NCBI GenBank assembly: GCA_041665365.1
Contig: JBAYIY010000002.1
Location: 66,178 to 130,177 of the forward strand
From: Patescibacteria group bacterium
GTDB lineage: Bacteria > Patescibacteriota > Patescibacteriia > UBA9570
Direction: 5' to 3'
DNA length: 64,000 nucleotides
Within the stretch, counting starts at the first letter, position 1; each line of letters opens with the position of its first letter. This document shows, piece by piece, positions 19,872 through 30,829 of the stretch. A program made the position numbers and the translations under genes. The notes beneath the pieces were generated by a model. That model saw only the letters and a program-made list of their open reading frames with translations, was not told where the DNA came from and made no database searches.

Positions 19872-20476
19872 TGTCCAAATATCCCGCTACGATTGAGCAA
19901 TTAATTACAGCCTTTACTACTCTACCGGGAGTGGGACGAAAAACGGCTGAGCGCTACGTGGTATATTTACTAAAACAGCCACCGGCAGTGATTGGGCAAC
20001 TCTTGGCTAATCTGCAGGCAGCGAGCCGGTCGATTCGTTTATGTGAACGTTGTTTTAATTTTTCCAATCTTGCCCTGTGTGATATCTGTAAAAACCCACA
20101 ACGCAATCAAACTGTCGTATGTGTTGTGTCTGACGGGACATCAATTCAAGCCTTAGAACAGACTGGCGTCTATCATGGCACTTACCATATTTTAGGTGGT
20201 ACGGTTAATCAGTTAGAAGGCATTGGGCCAGATCAACTGCATGTGGCTGAACTAGTCGCTCGCATTCACACGCACGGTATCACTGAGGTGATTATTGCTT
20301 TAAATCCGGACATGACTGGTGAAGCCACTACCTTATATATCATTGATGCTCTCAAAGATAGCCCGGTCTCAATCAGCCGTTTAGCGCGAGGTTTAGCGAC
20401 TGGCAGCGACATTGAATACGCCGATGATGTCACACTGACGGCCGCACTGGTGGATCGGAAAATGATCCAACAATAA
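19871..20476 (+). CDS. recR: Recombination mediator RecR
   Basis: LPGVGRKTAER, C4 zinc finger, YHILGG, GEATT, RLARGL...IEYADDVTL. Confidence 0.97.
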   Translation: MSKYPATIEQLITAFTTLPGVGRKTAERYVVYLLKQPPAVIGQLLANLQAASRSIRLCERCFNFSNLALCDICKNPQRNQTVVCVVSDGTSIQALEQTGVYHGTYHILGGTVNQLEGIGPDQLHVAELVARIHTHGITEVIIALNPDMTGEATTLYIIDALKDSPVSISRLARGLATGSDIEYADDVTLTAALVDRKMIQQ

Positions 20477-20477
20477 A

Positions 20478-20530
20478 ACAAAATAACAAGAAGTGGACGA
20501 ATAATATTCGTCCACTTCTTGTTATTTTGT
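20478..20530. terminator. Perfect 26-bp-arm inverted repeat; likely bidirectional terminator between convergent recR and rplU
   Basis: ACAAAATAACAAGAAGTGGACGAATA-A-TATTCGTCCACTTCTTGTTATTTTGT. Confidence 0.8.
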
Positions 20531-20541
20531 ATAAATGTGTC

Positions 20542-20853
20542 TTATTTAATCTCCCCAATGGTGACCTGGGTTTGGTGTTGCCGGTGACCTTGATTGCGGC
20601 GATAGTGCACTTTCTGTTTGAACTTCACAATGCGAATTTTCTTCGCCCGATACTGTTTGGTAATGGTACCAGTCACTTTAGTGGTTAAGTTTGGTTTACC
20701 GATCTGGATGTTTTGACCATCCGTGTCTGCTACCAGCAACACCTGATCAAACACTACAGTGGAGCCAACCTCACCTGGAATCTTCTCTATTGTGATTACC
20801 TCTGCTGGGGAAACAACGAGTTGTTTACCACCGGTTTTAATAACTGCGATCAT
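20542..20853 (-). CDS. rplU: 50S ribosomal protein L21
   Basis: AVIKTGGKQ, GHRQHQT. Confidence 0.95.
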   Translation of the reverse strand: MIAVIKTGGKQLVVSPAEVITIEKIPGEVGSTVVFDQVLLVADTDGQNIQIGKPNLTTKVTGTITKQYRAKKIRIVKFKQKVHYRRNQGHRQHQTQVTIGEIK

Positions 20854-20876
20854 AGGGCTGTATAGTACGTAACTGA

Positions 20877-21290
20877 TTAAGATTCGTCAAGGGCTACCTT
20901 ATCCCCTATTTTAATGCCATCCCGCGCCACTGTTCCGGCCGGTACTTCTAACACCATATTTACCAGATCTGGGGATTTAAACCGTAAGGTTATATCCGGC
21001 TGAGCCGTGACACTACCTATCACCTTACCATCATTTATCCAGATAATATCGATGGGGTATGCAACATCTTTCATCCAAAATACCTGCTCAGTTTCCTGTG
21101 GAAAAATAAAGATCATACCCTGATCAGGTTCTAAATGTGCTATATCCCCCAAACCTGTAGCTTGTTCAAACAGTGAGTCGGCTACCCAAACAGAGTAAAC
21201 ATGATTACTCACTTTTACATGTGTTTTTGATTGAACACAGCCAGATAATACTAAACTAACGCTGAGACTGAGTAGTATGTAACGAAGCAT
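20877..21290 (-). CDS. DUF192 family lipoprotein
   Basis: Lipobox LSGC; GMIFIF, FWMKDVAYPIDIIWI, VLEVPAG. Confidence 0.88.
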   Translation of the reverse strand: MLRYILLSLSVSLVLSGCVQSKTHVKVSNHVYSVWVADSLFEQATGLGDIAHLEPDQGMIFIFPQETEQVFWMKDVAYPIDIIWINDGKVIGSVTAQPDITLRFKSPDLVNMVLEVPAGTVARDGIKIGDKVALDES

Positions 21291-22332
21291 ACAGCACTAA
21301 ACTTAGTCCTAACACCAATAAGATTCCTAACATGATTATTTTTATCACACCACCAAATATCAGTGTACTTAAACCAAAAGCTAGTGTGATCGCATAATAA
21401 ACCAAGATAATCTGACCGGTTTTCCAGCCACGTTGCTGTAGTTGAAAGTGTAAATGAGATAAATCACCCTTGAACGGTGATTTATGTTCAATAACTACTC
21501 GTCTAATTATAACAGCTAGTAAATCAAGGAGTGGTAAACCTAAAATCAGTAAAGCCGTGGCTATTTTCCCACCTGATAATATCGCTAGAATACCCAGCAT
21601 GAAACCAATAAATAAAGCTCCGCCTTCACCTAAATAAAGTCGCGCCGGTGCTAGATTCCAAACCAAGAAACCCAAACAGGCACCGGCAAAAATGAAGGCC
21701 AAACTGGCAGTTTCGGGTTGCTGTACAGTAGTGCTTAAACAGAGCAAGCCAATTATAATACCGCCAATCGCCCCAATACCACTAACTAATCCATCCACCC
21801 CATCTAGCAACTTAGTGGTATACATCGTTAACATCAACCAAACTACAGTAAAAATATCTGCCCACACAGTGATTTGGTAAGGCAAACCATGATCAGTAAA
21901 TAATACCCATTGTATTTGCGTCAGAGATATAGTATTACCAAAGGGATTTGAAATATAGGCCACACCGATACCGCTACCAATTATCACCAAACAAGCCACC
22001 AACGGGAAAATTAATTGTTTCAGTGGTGATAAATTAAACACATCATCTAAACCTCCACCAATAATAATAATGCCACCGGCCAGCCAGATACCAGCTAAAT
22101 GTTTAGGCAATAAATAGCCTGAGGTTAAATCAATTAATTGTAATGCGGTGATAATAAAAAAAACTAACCAGATCGCCGTACCGCCTAATAGTGGCACACG
22201 TTTCTTAATATCTTTACGCTGCGGAGACAAATCTGGTCGATCGACAATTTTATAGTGTAAGGCAATTTTGCGTATCAAAAAACTCACCCCAGTTGCCGCA
22301 GCCACTGCCAGCAAACTAGACCAAACCATCAT
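21256..22332 (-). CDS. Glycosyltransferase family 4 (MraY/WecA/TagO-like) undecaprenyl-phosphate sugar-1-phosphate transferase
   Basis: VPLLGG, GGLDD, LLDGVDGL, WNLAPARLYLGEGG, HLHFQL; multi-TM. Confidence 0.9.
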   Translation of the reverse strand: MMVWSSLLAVAAATGVSFLIRKIALHYKIVDRPDLSPQRKDIKKRVPLLGGTAIWLVFFIITALQLIDLTSGYLLPKHLAGIWLAGGIIIIGGGLDDVFNLSPLKQLIFPLVACLVIIGSGIGVAYISNPFGNTISLTQIQWVLFTDHGLPYQITVWADIFTVVWLMLTMYTTKLLDGVDGLVSGIGAIGGIIIGLLCLSTTVQQPETASLAFIFAGACLGFLVWNLAPARLYLGEGGALFIGFMLGILAILSGGKIATALLILGLPLLDLLAVIIRRVVIEHKSPFKGDLSHLHFQLQQRGWKTGQIILVYYAITLAFGLSTLIFGGVIKIIMLGILLVLGLSLVLYASLHTTQSQR

Positions 22333-22730
22333 ACTACCAAAGAATCTAAGTAATTTTGTAAAATGATCTGAGCCGCCACTTCATCTTGTTTGCCCGGTGG
22401 CACGGTTTGACCTGCCAGTAAGCGATCGGCCATAGCGGATGTATAACGCTCATCAAAAGTCTGCACCGGTACGCTGATATGATTACGTAATTTTTCTATA
22501 AACCGTTGTACTTCAATGGTCATCTCAGTCGCCTCGCCATGTAAATTTACCGGTAAGCCAACAATCACCCGATCAATATGATCCAAATTGACAATGGCTT
22601 TAATTTTCTCAATCACTTTATTTTGACTGAGACTTTTCAACACACCTTTGCCCACGGCCACTTTTGTGTCACTGTCACCCAGCGCCAAACCGACACGGGC
22701 TTTGCCATAATCTAAGGCTAAACATTTCAT
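22329..22730 (-). CDS. ruvX: Holliday junction resolvase-like RuvX/YqgF
   Basis: LALDYGKARVGLA, VIVGLP, DERYTS, DEVAAQIILQNYLD. Confidence 0.95.
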   Translation of the reverse strand: MKCLALDYGKARVGLALGDSDTKVAVGKGVLKSLSQNKVIEKIKAIVNLDHIDRVIVGLPVNLHGEATEMTIEVQRFIEKLRNHISVPVQTFDERYTSAMADRLLAGQTVPPGKQDEVAAQIILQNYLDSLVV

Positions 22731-22742
22731 AATTAGGTGAAA

Positions 22743-23492
22743 TTAAAACTTGGTTAGCACTTCACACCCAGTATCCGTTACCAAAAAAGTGTGCTCAAAG
22801 TGTGCACTTAGTGTACCATCTGTGGTCACCACACGCCAGCCATCGTCTTCAAAGATGACGTCTTCCTTACCAACGTTAACCATTGGTTCAACGGCAATGG
22901 CCATGCCCGGTTTTAAGATGGCACCTATATGCGCTTCACCATAGTTTGGTATGGCCGGATCCTCATGGAGATGCCGACCAATGCCATGGCCGACTAACTG
23001 TTTCACTACACTAAAGCCATGCTGCTCTACATAAGTTTGAATGGCATGACCAATATCCCCTATTTTATTACCCGGCTTTATTTGCGCCACGCCGATTTCA
23101 TATAAGGATGTTCGTGTCACGTCAATTAATTTTTGGGCTGTAGCAGAAATTTTACCAACCGGAATCGTCACCGCCGCATCGGAGTACATACCATGAACTA
23201 TCACACCAGCATCAATTGATAAAATATCTCCATCTAATAAGACACGGCCAGTTGGCGGACAATGCACCACCTCTTCATTGACGGACGTACATAAAATATT
23301 TTTATAACCATGATAACCCAAAAAAGCCGGTTTGGCTTTTTCTTTTTGAATTAAACGCTGGGCTAATTGTTCTATTTGCAGTAGGGTTACGCCCGGTTTA
23401 GTGAAAGCCACTAATTGCCGAAGAATATCCCCCAGTAATTTACCACTGGCGCGTAAATTAGTTTGCTCACCGGGCGTATGAATATGGATCAT
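22743..23492 (-). CDS. map: Type I methionine aminopeptidase
   Basis: SVNEEVVH, GHGIG..LHEDP, AVEPMVN, SAHFEHT; start 23492 overlaps the adk stop (ATGA). Confidence 0.97.
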   Translation of the reverse strand: MIHIHTPGEQTNLRASGKLLGDILRQLVAFTKPGVTLLQIEQLAQRLIQKEKAKPAFLGYHGYKNILCTSVNEEVVHCPPTGRVLLDGDILSIDAGVIVHGMYSDAAVTIPVGKISATAQKLIDVTRTSLYEIGVAQIKPGNKIGDIGHAIQTYVEQHGFSVVKQLVGHGIGRHLHEDPAIPNYGEAHIGAILKPGMAIAVEPMVNVGKEDVIFEDDGWRVVTTDGTLSAHFEHTFLVTDTGCEVLTKF

Positions 23493-24121
23493 GCAAAAAT
23501 GGCTTTGACTTCTTCCCAAACTGTTATTATCGTCTCTTCACCATGAACAGTATGGACAACACCCTGTGTCTGATAATGCTCCAACACCGGTTCAGTGTCT
23601 TGATGGTAAATTTCTAAACGCTTTTGTAAGGCCGCTTCTGTATCATCATCACGTTGTAACAAAGCTGACCCATCTTGATCACACAGTCCCATTTGTTTGG
23701 GTGGATTATGTTTAATGTGATAAACATGGCCAGCTGCTACACACGTGCGGCGTCCGGCGATTCGATCAATGGCGGAAGCATCAGATAAAGCAATATAGAT
23801 CAAATGTGTCACTGTGGTTATTTTATCCAAAGCCTCCGCTTGTATTAAGTTTCTCGGATAGCCATCTAAAATAAAACCAGCTTGGCAATCAGGTTTTTGT
23901 AAACGATCATTAATCACAGCCTTAGTGACATGATCAGGCACTAGTTTACCAGCCTTGATAAAGCTCTTAATCTCTTGCCCAATGACTGTATTATTTTTGA
24001 TATGTTCTCTAAATATATTGCCAGTCACAATAAACGGTAATCCCAAATGAACACTGAGGCGTTCACCTTGTGTCCCTTTACCAGAACCTTGTGGACCGAA
24101 CAATAAGATATTGCGCGCCAT
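23489..24121 (-). CDS. adk: Adenylate kinase
   Basis: GPQGSGKGTQ, GFILDGYPR, QRDDD; start at MARNILL (24121). Confidence 0.97.
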   Translation of the reverse strand: MARNILLFGPQGSGKGTQGERLSVHLGLPFIVTGNIFREHIKNNTVIGQEIKSFIKAGKLVPDHVTKAVINDRLQKPDCQAGFILDGYPRNLIQAEALDKITTVTHLIYIALSDASAIDRIAGRRTCVAAGHVYHIKHNPPKQMGLCDQDGSALLQRDDDTEAALQKRLEIYHQDTEPVLEHYQTQGVVHTVHGEETIITVWEEVKAIFA

Positions 24122-24131
24122 GGTTACACCC

Positions 24132-25406
24132 TTAAAAATATTCGTACTCACGAACTTTAATTTGCGCTTGCACTTGCTGCACTGTTTCCAGAGCGACCGA
24201 TACCACAATCAATAACGATGTGCCTCCAATTACGACGCTACTGGTTGAGCTGGAAGAAAAAGACTGCAACACCGTTGGCAAAACCGCAATCAGACCTAAA
24301 AATAAAGCACCAAATAAGACAATGCGATTTGAAATAAACTGTAAATACTCGGCGGTTGGTTTACCCGGACGCACACCTGGTATAAACGACCCTCGTTTTT
24401 GCAAATTTTCCGCAATTTGTTCCGGTTTGAACACTACGGCCGTATAAAAATAAGTAAAAATAAAGACAAAGGTGAAATATAGCACCGCATAAACGGTTTT
24501 ATTGTTAAAGGCATCAATTAAGAAATGACCAAAGGTCGCCACCCATGGAATTGATATAGTCACCAGATATTGCCCGATAATCGGTGGAATAAATACTAGA
24601 GAAACGGCAAAGATAATTGGAATTACACCAGCCTGATTCACGCGGAGTGGCAAATGCGTTTCTCGACCAGCTAAGCTTTGTCCATGCATTTGGCGCGCTG
24701 TTGCAATGGGAATATTACGCTGCCCTTGAGTCACAAACACAACCCCAAAGATAACTAACAAGGCGATGACAACGTATAAAATAATGCTGGGTAATTGCGC
24801 ACTGTCATAGGTGGCTAACAATTGTTGTATGGCCACGGGCAATTGCGCCACGATACCGGCAAAAATCATTATTGAAATACCATTACCAATATTCTTTTCG
24901 GTAATTAACTCCCCTAACCACATAGTAAAGATACTACCACCACAGATCAACACTACGGCCGTAACCATTTGCCAGGTAGATAACTGACCGATAATACCAC
25001 CGCCGGTACGTTGTAATAAACTAATGGTGCCATAACCTTGAATGATGGCCATGGGTACAGCTAAATAACGTGTCCATTGTTGAATTTGCCTTTGCCCATC
25101 AGTTTCTTTTTGCATCTCCTCAAACTTGGGCACAATCATGCCCAACAGTTGAAAAACAATCGAAGCAGAAATGAAAGGGCCGACCCCAAGCATTACCAGA
25201 GAAAAATTTTCAAGCGCACCACCAGAAAATACATTTAACAAACCAAGATACGCATTGCTACTAAAAAACGCCTTTAAGTTTGTAACGTCCACCCCAGGAA
25301 TTGGCACATGAGCGGCCAAACGAAAAATAACTAACAACCCTAACACATAGGCAATTTTTTTGCGCAAATCAGCATTACCGACAATTTTATTTACTGCTTG
25401 CCACAT
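24132..25406 (-). CDS. secY: Preprotein translocase subunit SecY
   Basis: [17 protein letters not shown]-like [33 protein letters not shown]. Confidence 0.98.
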   Translation of the reverse strand: MWQAVNKIVGNADLRKKIAYVLGLLVIFRLAAHVPIPGVDVTNLKAFFSSNAYLGLLNVFSGGALENFSLVMLGVGPFISASIVFQLLGMIVPKFEEMQKETDGQRQIQQWTRYLAVPMAIIQGYGTISLLQRTGGGIIGQLSTWQMVTAVVLICGGSIFTMWLGELITEKNIGNGISIMIFAGIVAQLPVAIQQLLATYDSAQLPSIILYVVIALLVIFGVVFVTQGQRNIPIATARQMHGQSLAGRETHLPLRVNQAGVIPIIFAVSLVFIPPIIGQYLVTISIPWVATFGHFLIDAFNNKTVYAVLYFTFVFIFTYFYTAVVFKPEQIAENLQKRGSFIPGVRPGKPTAEYLQFISNRIVLFGALFLGLIAVLPTVLQSFSSSSTSSVVIGGTSLLIVVSVALETVQQVQAQIKVREYEYF

Positions 25407-25804
25407 GGAATTGCTTTACCACCAGCCGCTTCTATTTTAGCTTTGGCAGACGCAGAAAAAGCACTGGCTTTAACAAGTAATGGTTTGGTAATTTCTCCAC
25501 TACCCAAAACTTTATTACCGCGCAATTCAATCGTCGTATTCGCGGAACATTTGCGCTCTAAATAGGCCAAGGTTACAGTCGTGAGACGTTCAGCATGGAA
25601 GCGTCGCGCTCCTCCACGTACTTTTGGAATAGCCTTCATTAAACTTCTTAAGCCACGCAATTTTAAACCACCTCTACTACCACTGCGTGATCTTTGTCCT
25701 TTCATGCCTCGGCCGGAAAATGTACCACGGCCAGAACCATTGCCACGGCCAATGCGCCGTTTGTGTTTTCTAGATTTAGGTTGAAGTGATGTAAGTGTCA
25801 ACAT
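25391..25804 (-). CDS. rplO: 50S ribosomal protein L15
   Basis: [26 protein letters not shown]; [10 protein letters not shown]. Confidence 0.96.
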   Translation of the reverse strand: MLTLTSLQPKSRKHKRRIGRGNGSGRGTFSGRGMKGQRSRSGSRGGLKLRGLRSLMKAIPKVRGGARRFHAERLTTVTLAYLERKCSANTTIELRGNKVLGSGEITKPLLVKASAFSASAKAKIEAAGGKAIPCGKQ

Positions 25805-25808
25805 AACA

Positions 25809-26297
25809 TTATTTAATACGCTCAGCTCGAAGAGTTTTCAACGCTTCGATCACGGCATAAACATTATTAATTTTATTGCGCGAACCCATCATTTTACTAA
25901 CTACATTTGGTACACCAGCTGCTTCCAATACTACTCGCACTGCCCCGCCGGCAATCAAACCGCGCCCTTTTTGAGCTGGTTTTAATAACACCTTAGCGCT
26001 GGCAAATTTCATGAATACTGGATGTGGTATAGATTCATTGACAATTGGCACACGAATTAGGTGTTTACGTGCTTTCAGACCAGCTTTTTGCACTGCTCCT
26101 GTCACATCCTGACCTTTGGCTAAGCCCACTCCGACGACACCTTTTTTATTTCCTACCACGACACAAGCCCGAAAACGCATCCGTTTACCTCCGGCCATGA
26201 CGCGTGTTACCCGCGCCAAATCCACAGTGTATTGATCGTACTCATCTTTGGGTTGTTGACGTTTTGAATTGCGGTTTCCTTGTTTTGACATAGACAT
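25809..26297 (-). CDS. rpsE: 30S ribosomal protein S5
   Basis: [21 protein letters not shown]; GLIAGGAVR. Confidence 0.97.
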   Translation of the reverse strand: MSMSKQGNRNSKRQQPKDEYDQYTVDLARVTRVMAGGKRMRFRACVVVGNKKGVVGVGLAKGQDVTGAVQKAGLKARKHLIRVPIVNESIPHPVFMKFASAKVLLKPAQKGRGLIAGGAVRVVLEAAGVPNVVSKMMGSRNKINNVYAVIEALKTLRAERIK

Positions 26298-26650
26298 TAA
26301 AATTGTAATCCGGCTGCACGGGCAGCATCGGCTAAAGCTTTAACTCGACCATGATAAAGATAACTGGATCGGTCAAATACCACCTGATTGATACCTTGTT
26401 TTTTAGCTAATTCAGCTATTGTCGTACCAACCGCTGTCGCTCGTTCCGTTTTGGTGCCGGTTAATTTCTGATCTGATGTGGCCGCAATGGTTTTGCCAAT
26501 AATATCATTCACCAACTGACAACTGATATGCTGTAACGACCGACGCACTGATAAACGTGGTCGTTCGGCTGTACCGACAAGCTTAGCCCGAACCCGGTGT
26601 TGCCGACGTTGCCGGCGCGCTTGTTTAGATAAGAGAAGTTTTTTGTTCAT
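26297..26650 (-). CDS. rplR: 50S ribosomal protein L18
   Basis: [32 protein letters not shown]. Confidence 0.97.
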   Translation of the reverse strand: MNKKLLLSKQARRQRRQHRVRAKLVGTAERPRLSVRRSLQHISCQLVNDIIGKTIAATSDQKLTGTKTERATAVGTTIAELAKKQGINQVVFDRSSYLYHGRVKALADAARAAGLQF

Positions 26651-26665
26651 ATAATGATTCTATAA

Positions 26666-27208
26666 TTACGCACTCGCGGCTTGTTTACCTTGCTTACGAA
26701 TAATAACTTCATCTGCATATTTTATACCTTTACCCTTATATGGTTCTGGTTTACGGACTTTACGCACCTCGGCGGCAAATTGCCCCAATAATTGTTTATC
26801 GTGTGAACTCAAGGTAATCAAATTTCTTTCCTGTTTAATGGCTACTCCTTCAGGAATATCCATCAAAACCACATGGGAATAACCAGCCTTGATTTGCAAT
26901 TGCTTACCCTTTACTTCAAAGCCGTAACCAACGCCATTTATTTCAAGTTGTTTAGCATAGTGAGTAACAACACCAACTATCATATTACTGATCAAGGCTC
27001 CGGTTGTACCCCACAGCGAACGCTGAAATTTCTCATCCGGCTGCTGCACAGAAACGTGCACGCCATCAGTTTCAACAGTCACTGTGACTAGTGGATGAAT
27101 TTTTTGCTGCAATTCACCTTTTGGCCCTTTAACTGTGACCAGGTGATCTACGACAGTGACGGTGACACCGGTAGGAATTGAAATGGGTTTATTGGCTTTA
27201 CGAGACAT
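26666..27208 (-). CDS. rplF: 50S ribosomal protein L6
   Basis: VKGPKGEL, RKPEPYKGKGIKY. Confidence 0.97.
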   Translation of the reverse strand: MSRKANKPISIPTGVTVTVVDHLVTVKGPKGELQQKIHPLVTVTVETDGVHVSVQQPDEKFQRSLWGTTGALISNMIVGVVTHYAKQLEINGVGYGFEVKGKQLQIKAGYSHVVLMDIPEGVAIKQERNLITLSSHDKQLLGQFAAEVRKVRKPEPYKGKGIKYADEVIIRKQGKQAASA

Positions 27209-27213
27209 AGGTG

Positions 27214-27606
27214 TTAATAAATTTCACAAATCACTTCTCCGCCCAAATTCTTTTGGCGCGCTTGTTTATTAGTCATCAAACCCTGTGAGGTAGAAATTAT
27301 GGCCAGACCGAAATTATTCTGAACATAAGGCAAAACTTTCTTTTGGGCATAAACCCGTCGACCCGGTTTACTAATCCGATTAACCGCCTGAATCGCAGAT
27401 TGACCATCCGGTAAATAACGCAAAGTCAACTCCAAATTAGGTCTTCCAGCCACCTGGATTGTAGCTAAATTCTCAATGTAATGCTCTTTTTTGAGAATTA
27501 AAGCTAACTTATTTTTTAGTTTAGAAAACGGTATCACAACAGTCGGTTTACGAACCGCGGCGGCGTTCCGAATTCTTGTAAGCATGTCAGCAATTGGGTC
27601 GGTCAT
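27214..27606 (-). CDS. rpsH: 30S ribosomal protein S8
   Basis: MTDPIADMLTRIRNA, ISKPGRRVY. Confidence 0.98.
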   Translation of the reverse strand: MTDPIADMLTRIRNAAAVRKPTVVIPFSKLKNKLALILKKEHYIENLATIQVAGRPNLELTLRYLPDGQSAIQAVNRISKPGRRVYAQKKVLPYVQNNFGLAIISTSQGLMTNKQARQKNLGGEVICEIY

Positions 27607-27630
27607 GGATGTGTATTACTTAATAAGTCT

Positions 27631-27816
27631 TTACCAGCTAGCGCGTTTAACTCCTGGAATTGCGCCTTGTTCAGCCAATTCCCGGAAGCAGATCCGGCAC
27701 AGTTTAAAATCTCTCATAAAACCATGGCGCCGTCCACATCGCCAACAACGATTCACTCGACGGGTGGAAAATTTTGGCTTGCGCCGTGCGCTGACTTCTT
27801 GTGAGGTTTTTGCCAT
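27631..27816 (-). CDS. rpsN: 30S ribosomal protein S14, zinc-binding type Z
   Basis: 61 aa, RCWRCGR...[16 protein letters not shown]. Confidence 0.97.
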   Translation of the reverse strand: MAKTSQEVSARRKPKFSTRRVNRCWRCGRRHGFMRDFKLCRICFRELAEQGAIPGVKRASW

Positions 27817-27820
27817 AGGA

Positions 27821-28360
27821 TTATTTCTTGAATGGTATACCTAATAATTCAAATAACTTCATACCTTGCTTCTGATTATCGGCTGTGGTCGTAATGGCCA
27901 CTTCTAGCCCATGCACATGCTCAACCCCATCAGATTTAATTTCCGGAAACACCAAATGTTCTTTTAAGCCAATATTCAAATTACCATCCTGATCAACCGC
28001 CGTACGTTTAATGCCTTGAAAGTCACGTACCCGGGGTAAACTAACATTAATTAACTTATCGACAAATTCGTACATCCGATCCTTGCGCAGAGTGACCATG
28101 GCACCAATCACCATACCTTGGCGCAATTTGAAGTTTGAAATTGATTTTTTGGCTTTAGTCAAAATCGGTTTCTGTCCGGAAATACGTGTCAGAGTATGAC
28201 TAACGGCATCAATTATTTTTTTGTCACCATTGGCCTTTCCAAAGCCAACATTAATAGTTACTTTGGTCAGTTTTGGTACGGCATTTTTATTCTTCAAATC
28301 GAAGCTAGCCATGAGGCTGGGAATTATTTGATCTTTATAGCGTTGTTCTAGTCGTGTCAT
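27821..28360 (-). CDS. rplE: 50S ribosomal protein L5
   Basis: [25 protein letters not shown]. Confidence 0.97.
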   Translation of the reverse strand: MTRLEQRYKDQIIPSLMASFDLKNKNAVPKLTKVTINVGFGKANGDKKIIDAVSHTLTRISGQKPILTKAKKSISNFKLRQGMVIGAMVTLRKDRMYEFVDKLINVSLPRVRDFQGIKRTAVDQDGNLNIGLKEHLVFPEIKSDGVEHVHGLEVAITTTADNQKQGMKLFELLGIPFKK

Positions 28361-28368
28361 ATATATAT

Positions 28369-28680
28369 TTACAATACCTCTTTACATTTACTACAAATGC
28401 GTTGTTTTTTACCATCAGTTAATACTTTCATGCCCACTCTGGTGACTTTATTACATTTACTACACACCAGCTGCACATTAGCCAGTTGCATTGGCGCAGA
28501 AAATTCAATCCGTTGCCCCTTCTCTCCCCGCTTGGTTGGCTTCATGTGTTTTTTCAATATGTGCAAACCTTCCACCACCACTTTATGGTCTTGCAATAAT
28601 ACCTGAACCACTTTACCGGTTTTACCGGAATCTTTGCCCTTCATTACTTTAACCATGTCTCCTTGTTTAATTTTCATCAT
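28369..28680 (-). CDS. rplX: 50S ribosomal protein L24
   Basis: [21 protein letters not shown]; two C-terminal CxxC. Confidence 0.96.
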   Translation of the reverse strand: MMKIKQGDMVKVMKGKDSGKTGKVVQVLLQDHKVVVEGLHILKKHMKPTKRGEKGQRIEFSAPMQLANVQLVCSKCNKVTRVGMKVLTDGKKQRICSKCKEVL

Positions 28681-29048
28681 AAAACTTCTGGTGCCAATGA
28701 GGCTATTTTGGTAAATCCTTTAAGCTTGATTTCGCGCGGTATCGGTCCAAAAATACGAGTACCAATCGGTTCTTTTGATTTCTTATCAATCATCACACAG
28801 GAATTATCATCAAATCTGATATAGCTGCCATCTTTACGCCGAATTTCTTTTCTGGTGCGCACGATCACAGCATGACCAATCGTTCCCTTTTTCATCTGGG
28901 TATGTGGATGGGCTTCTTTAATAGATACAGTGATAATGTCGCCAATGTGCCCATAACGTTTTTGATAACCGCCGTGTACCATAATACAACTGACTACCTT
29001 GGCTCCACTATTATCGGCAACTGATAAATAACTACGTAATTGAATCAT
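28677..29048 (-). CDS. rplN: 50S ribosomal protein L14
   Basis: [32 protein letters not shown]. Confidence 0.98.
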   Translation of the reverse strand: MIQLRSYLSVADNSGAKVVSCIMVHGGYQKRYGHIGDIITVSIKEAHPHTQMKKGTIGHAVIVRTRKEIRRKDGSYIRFDDNSCVMIDKKSKEPIGTRIFGPIPREIKLKGFTKIASLAPEVL

Positions 29049-29293
29049 ATATTTTTCTTATACACTACCCGCCACTTTTTGGTCTTACTAATCGGACGGC
29101 ACTCAACAAATTCAACTGTGTCTCCAACTTCATATTGTTCACGCTCATCATGGACATGAAATTTACTACTCATCGTAAATCGTTTTTTGTAAATGGGATG
29201 AAACCGTAAGCGATCAACTTTAACCACGACAGTTTTCGACTGTTTATTAGACACCACCACTCCTTGAAAATGCCGATGGACTGTTTGTTTCAT
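29045..29293 (-). CDS. rpsQ: 30S ribosomal protein S17
   Basis: [31 protein letters not shown]. Confidence 0.97.
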   Translation of the reverse strand: MKQTVHRHFQGVVVSNKQSKTVVVKVDRLRFHPIYKKRFTMSSKFHVHDEREQYEVGDTVEFVECRPISKTKKWRVVYKKNI

Positions 29294-29697
29294 ACGCGAG
29301 TTAATAATTTAGTTCTCACTGGTAATTTATGGGCAGCTAAACGTAGAGCTTCTTTGGCGTCTTTTTCTATTACTCCGCCGATCTCGAATAATACAGTACC
29401 AGGCTTAACTTCGGCAATGAAGTGATCGACCGCTCCCTTACCACCACCCATCCGGATTTCTCCACCTTTCAGCGTCACTGGGCTATGCGGAAAGATACGG
29501 ATCCAGATTTTTCCACCGCGCTGGACAAAACGTGTCATGGCGCGACGCGATGATTCAATTTGGCGAGCCGTAATCCAGGCACCTTCTAATGCTTTTAAAC
29601 CGTAATCGCCAAAATTAAGGACAGTTTTCTGGGTAGCTTGCCCGCGCACCTGCGCGCGATGCCATTTACGATGTTTTATCTTGCGTGGAGTTAACAT
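29290..29697 (-). CDS. rplP: 50S ribosomal protein L16
   Basis: [34 protein letters not shown]. Confidence 0.97.
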   Translation of the reverse strand: MLTPRKIKHRKWHRAQVRGQATQKTVLNFGDYGLKALEGAWITARQIESSRRAMTRFVQRGGKIWIRIFPHSPVTLKGGEIRMGGGKGAVDHFIAEVKPGTVLFEIGGVIEKDAKEALRLAAHKLPVRTKLLTRV

Positions 29698-29701
29698 AAT
29701 A

Positions 29702-30475
29702 TTATTGTTTCTTCTTTGACTTTACCACTGTTCGTTTAGCTTTGCCGGCTACAGATTTGCCACGGTCACGTTCCGGTTGACGTCCACGATGTGCCTGTTT
29801 TGGTTGCTCAATCACTGGAATCTTTGGTTGTTCATTAGCGAATACCTCACCACGATAAACCCAAACTTTTACTCCAATGGCTCCGTAGATCGTGCGCGCC
29901 GCACCCCGAGCATAATCGATATCGGCTCGTAATGTATGAGTTGGCACAGACCCTTGATTCAAGGTTTCAACCCGAGCAATTTCAGAACCATTCAACCGTC
30001 CGGAAACAATAATCTTTACCCCTTTACCACCAGCACCCATCACTTGTTCAATGCCACGTTTCATTGCCCGCCGAAATGGAATCCGTTTTTCTAACTGATA
30101 GATAATCCCCTGCATAACTAATTCAGCATCGAGATCTGGTTGACGCACTTCCTCAATTTCAATGTGAATGTTAATCTTTTCTGATCCAAAATATTTCTTC
30201 TTAATCTGTTTCTTTAAATCTTCTATACCAACCCCACTCCGACCAATAATCATACCTGGTTTTGATGTTCTAATGTGCAGCGTTAATTGATCATTAGCAC
30301 GGCGCATTTCTACTCGTGAAATACCACCATCACGTAAACGTGTCCGAATAAATTTACGCATCTGTACATCTTGTTGCAGGAGTTTGGCAAATTCACGTTT
30401 CGGCGCAAACCACTTCGACAAGTGTGTCGTTGTCGTATTCAGCCGGATAATCTTTGGATTAACTTTCTTGCCCAT
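29702..30475 (-). CDS. rpsC: 30S ribosomal protein S3
   Basis: MGKKVNP, KPGMIIGRSG, SGRLNGSEIAR, HTLRADIDY. Confidence 0.97.
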   Translation of the reverse strand: MGKKVNPKIIRLNTTTTHLSKWFAPKREFAKLLQQDVQMRKFIRTRLRDGGISRVEMRRANDQLTLHIRTSKPGMIIGRSGVGIEDLKKQIKKKYFGSEKINIHIEIEEVRQPDLDAELVMQGIIYQLEKRIPFRRAMKRGIEQVMGAGGKGVKIIVSGRLNGSEIARVETLNQGSVPTHTLRADIDYARGAARTIYGAIGVKVWVYRGEVFANEQPKIPVIEQPKQAHRGRQPERDRGKSVAGKAKRTVVKSKKKQ

Positions 30476-30478
30476 AAA

Positions 30479-30826
30479 TTATTTCTTCTTATCAGGTTTA
30501 TCAGTTAACACCAGTATAACATGTGACGCGCGTTTACGAATTGGCGTCGCTCGTCCCATCGCGCGCGGTTGCCAACGCTTTAAAGTAGTACCGTCACCGA
30601 CCGAGATAGACTTCAAATACAGTTGATCTTTGGTTACTTTATGTAAGGAAGCCGCATTGGCGACACCTGACAATAATAACTTCAAGATCGGATTAGCGGC
30701 CGCCTTATTGGCAAAGCGTAATTGTTGCTCAGCCTGCACTACTGACAAACCACGCACCAAGCTGGCCACTAAGCGAACTTTGCGTGGAGCGATGCGGAGT
30801 TGACGTAAGTGTACTTTAACTTCCAT
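30479..30826 (-). CDS. rplV: 50S ribosomal protein L22
   Basis: RIAPRKVRLV, PRAMGRATPIRKRASH. Confidence 0.97.
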   Translation of the reverse strand: MEVKVHLRQLRIAPRKVRLVASLVRGLSVVQAEQQLRFANKAAANPILKLLLSGVANAASLHKVTKDQLYLKSISVGDGTTLKRWQPRAMGRATPIRKRASHVILVLTDKPDKKK

Positions 30827-30829
30827 ATA

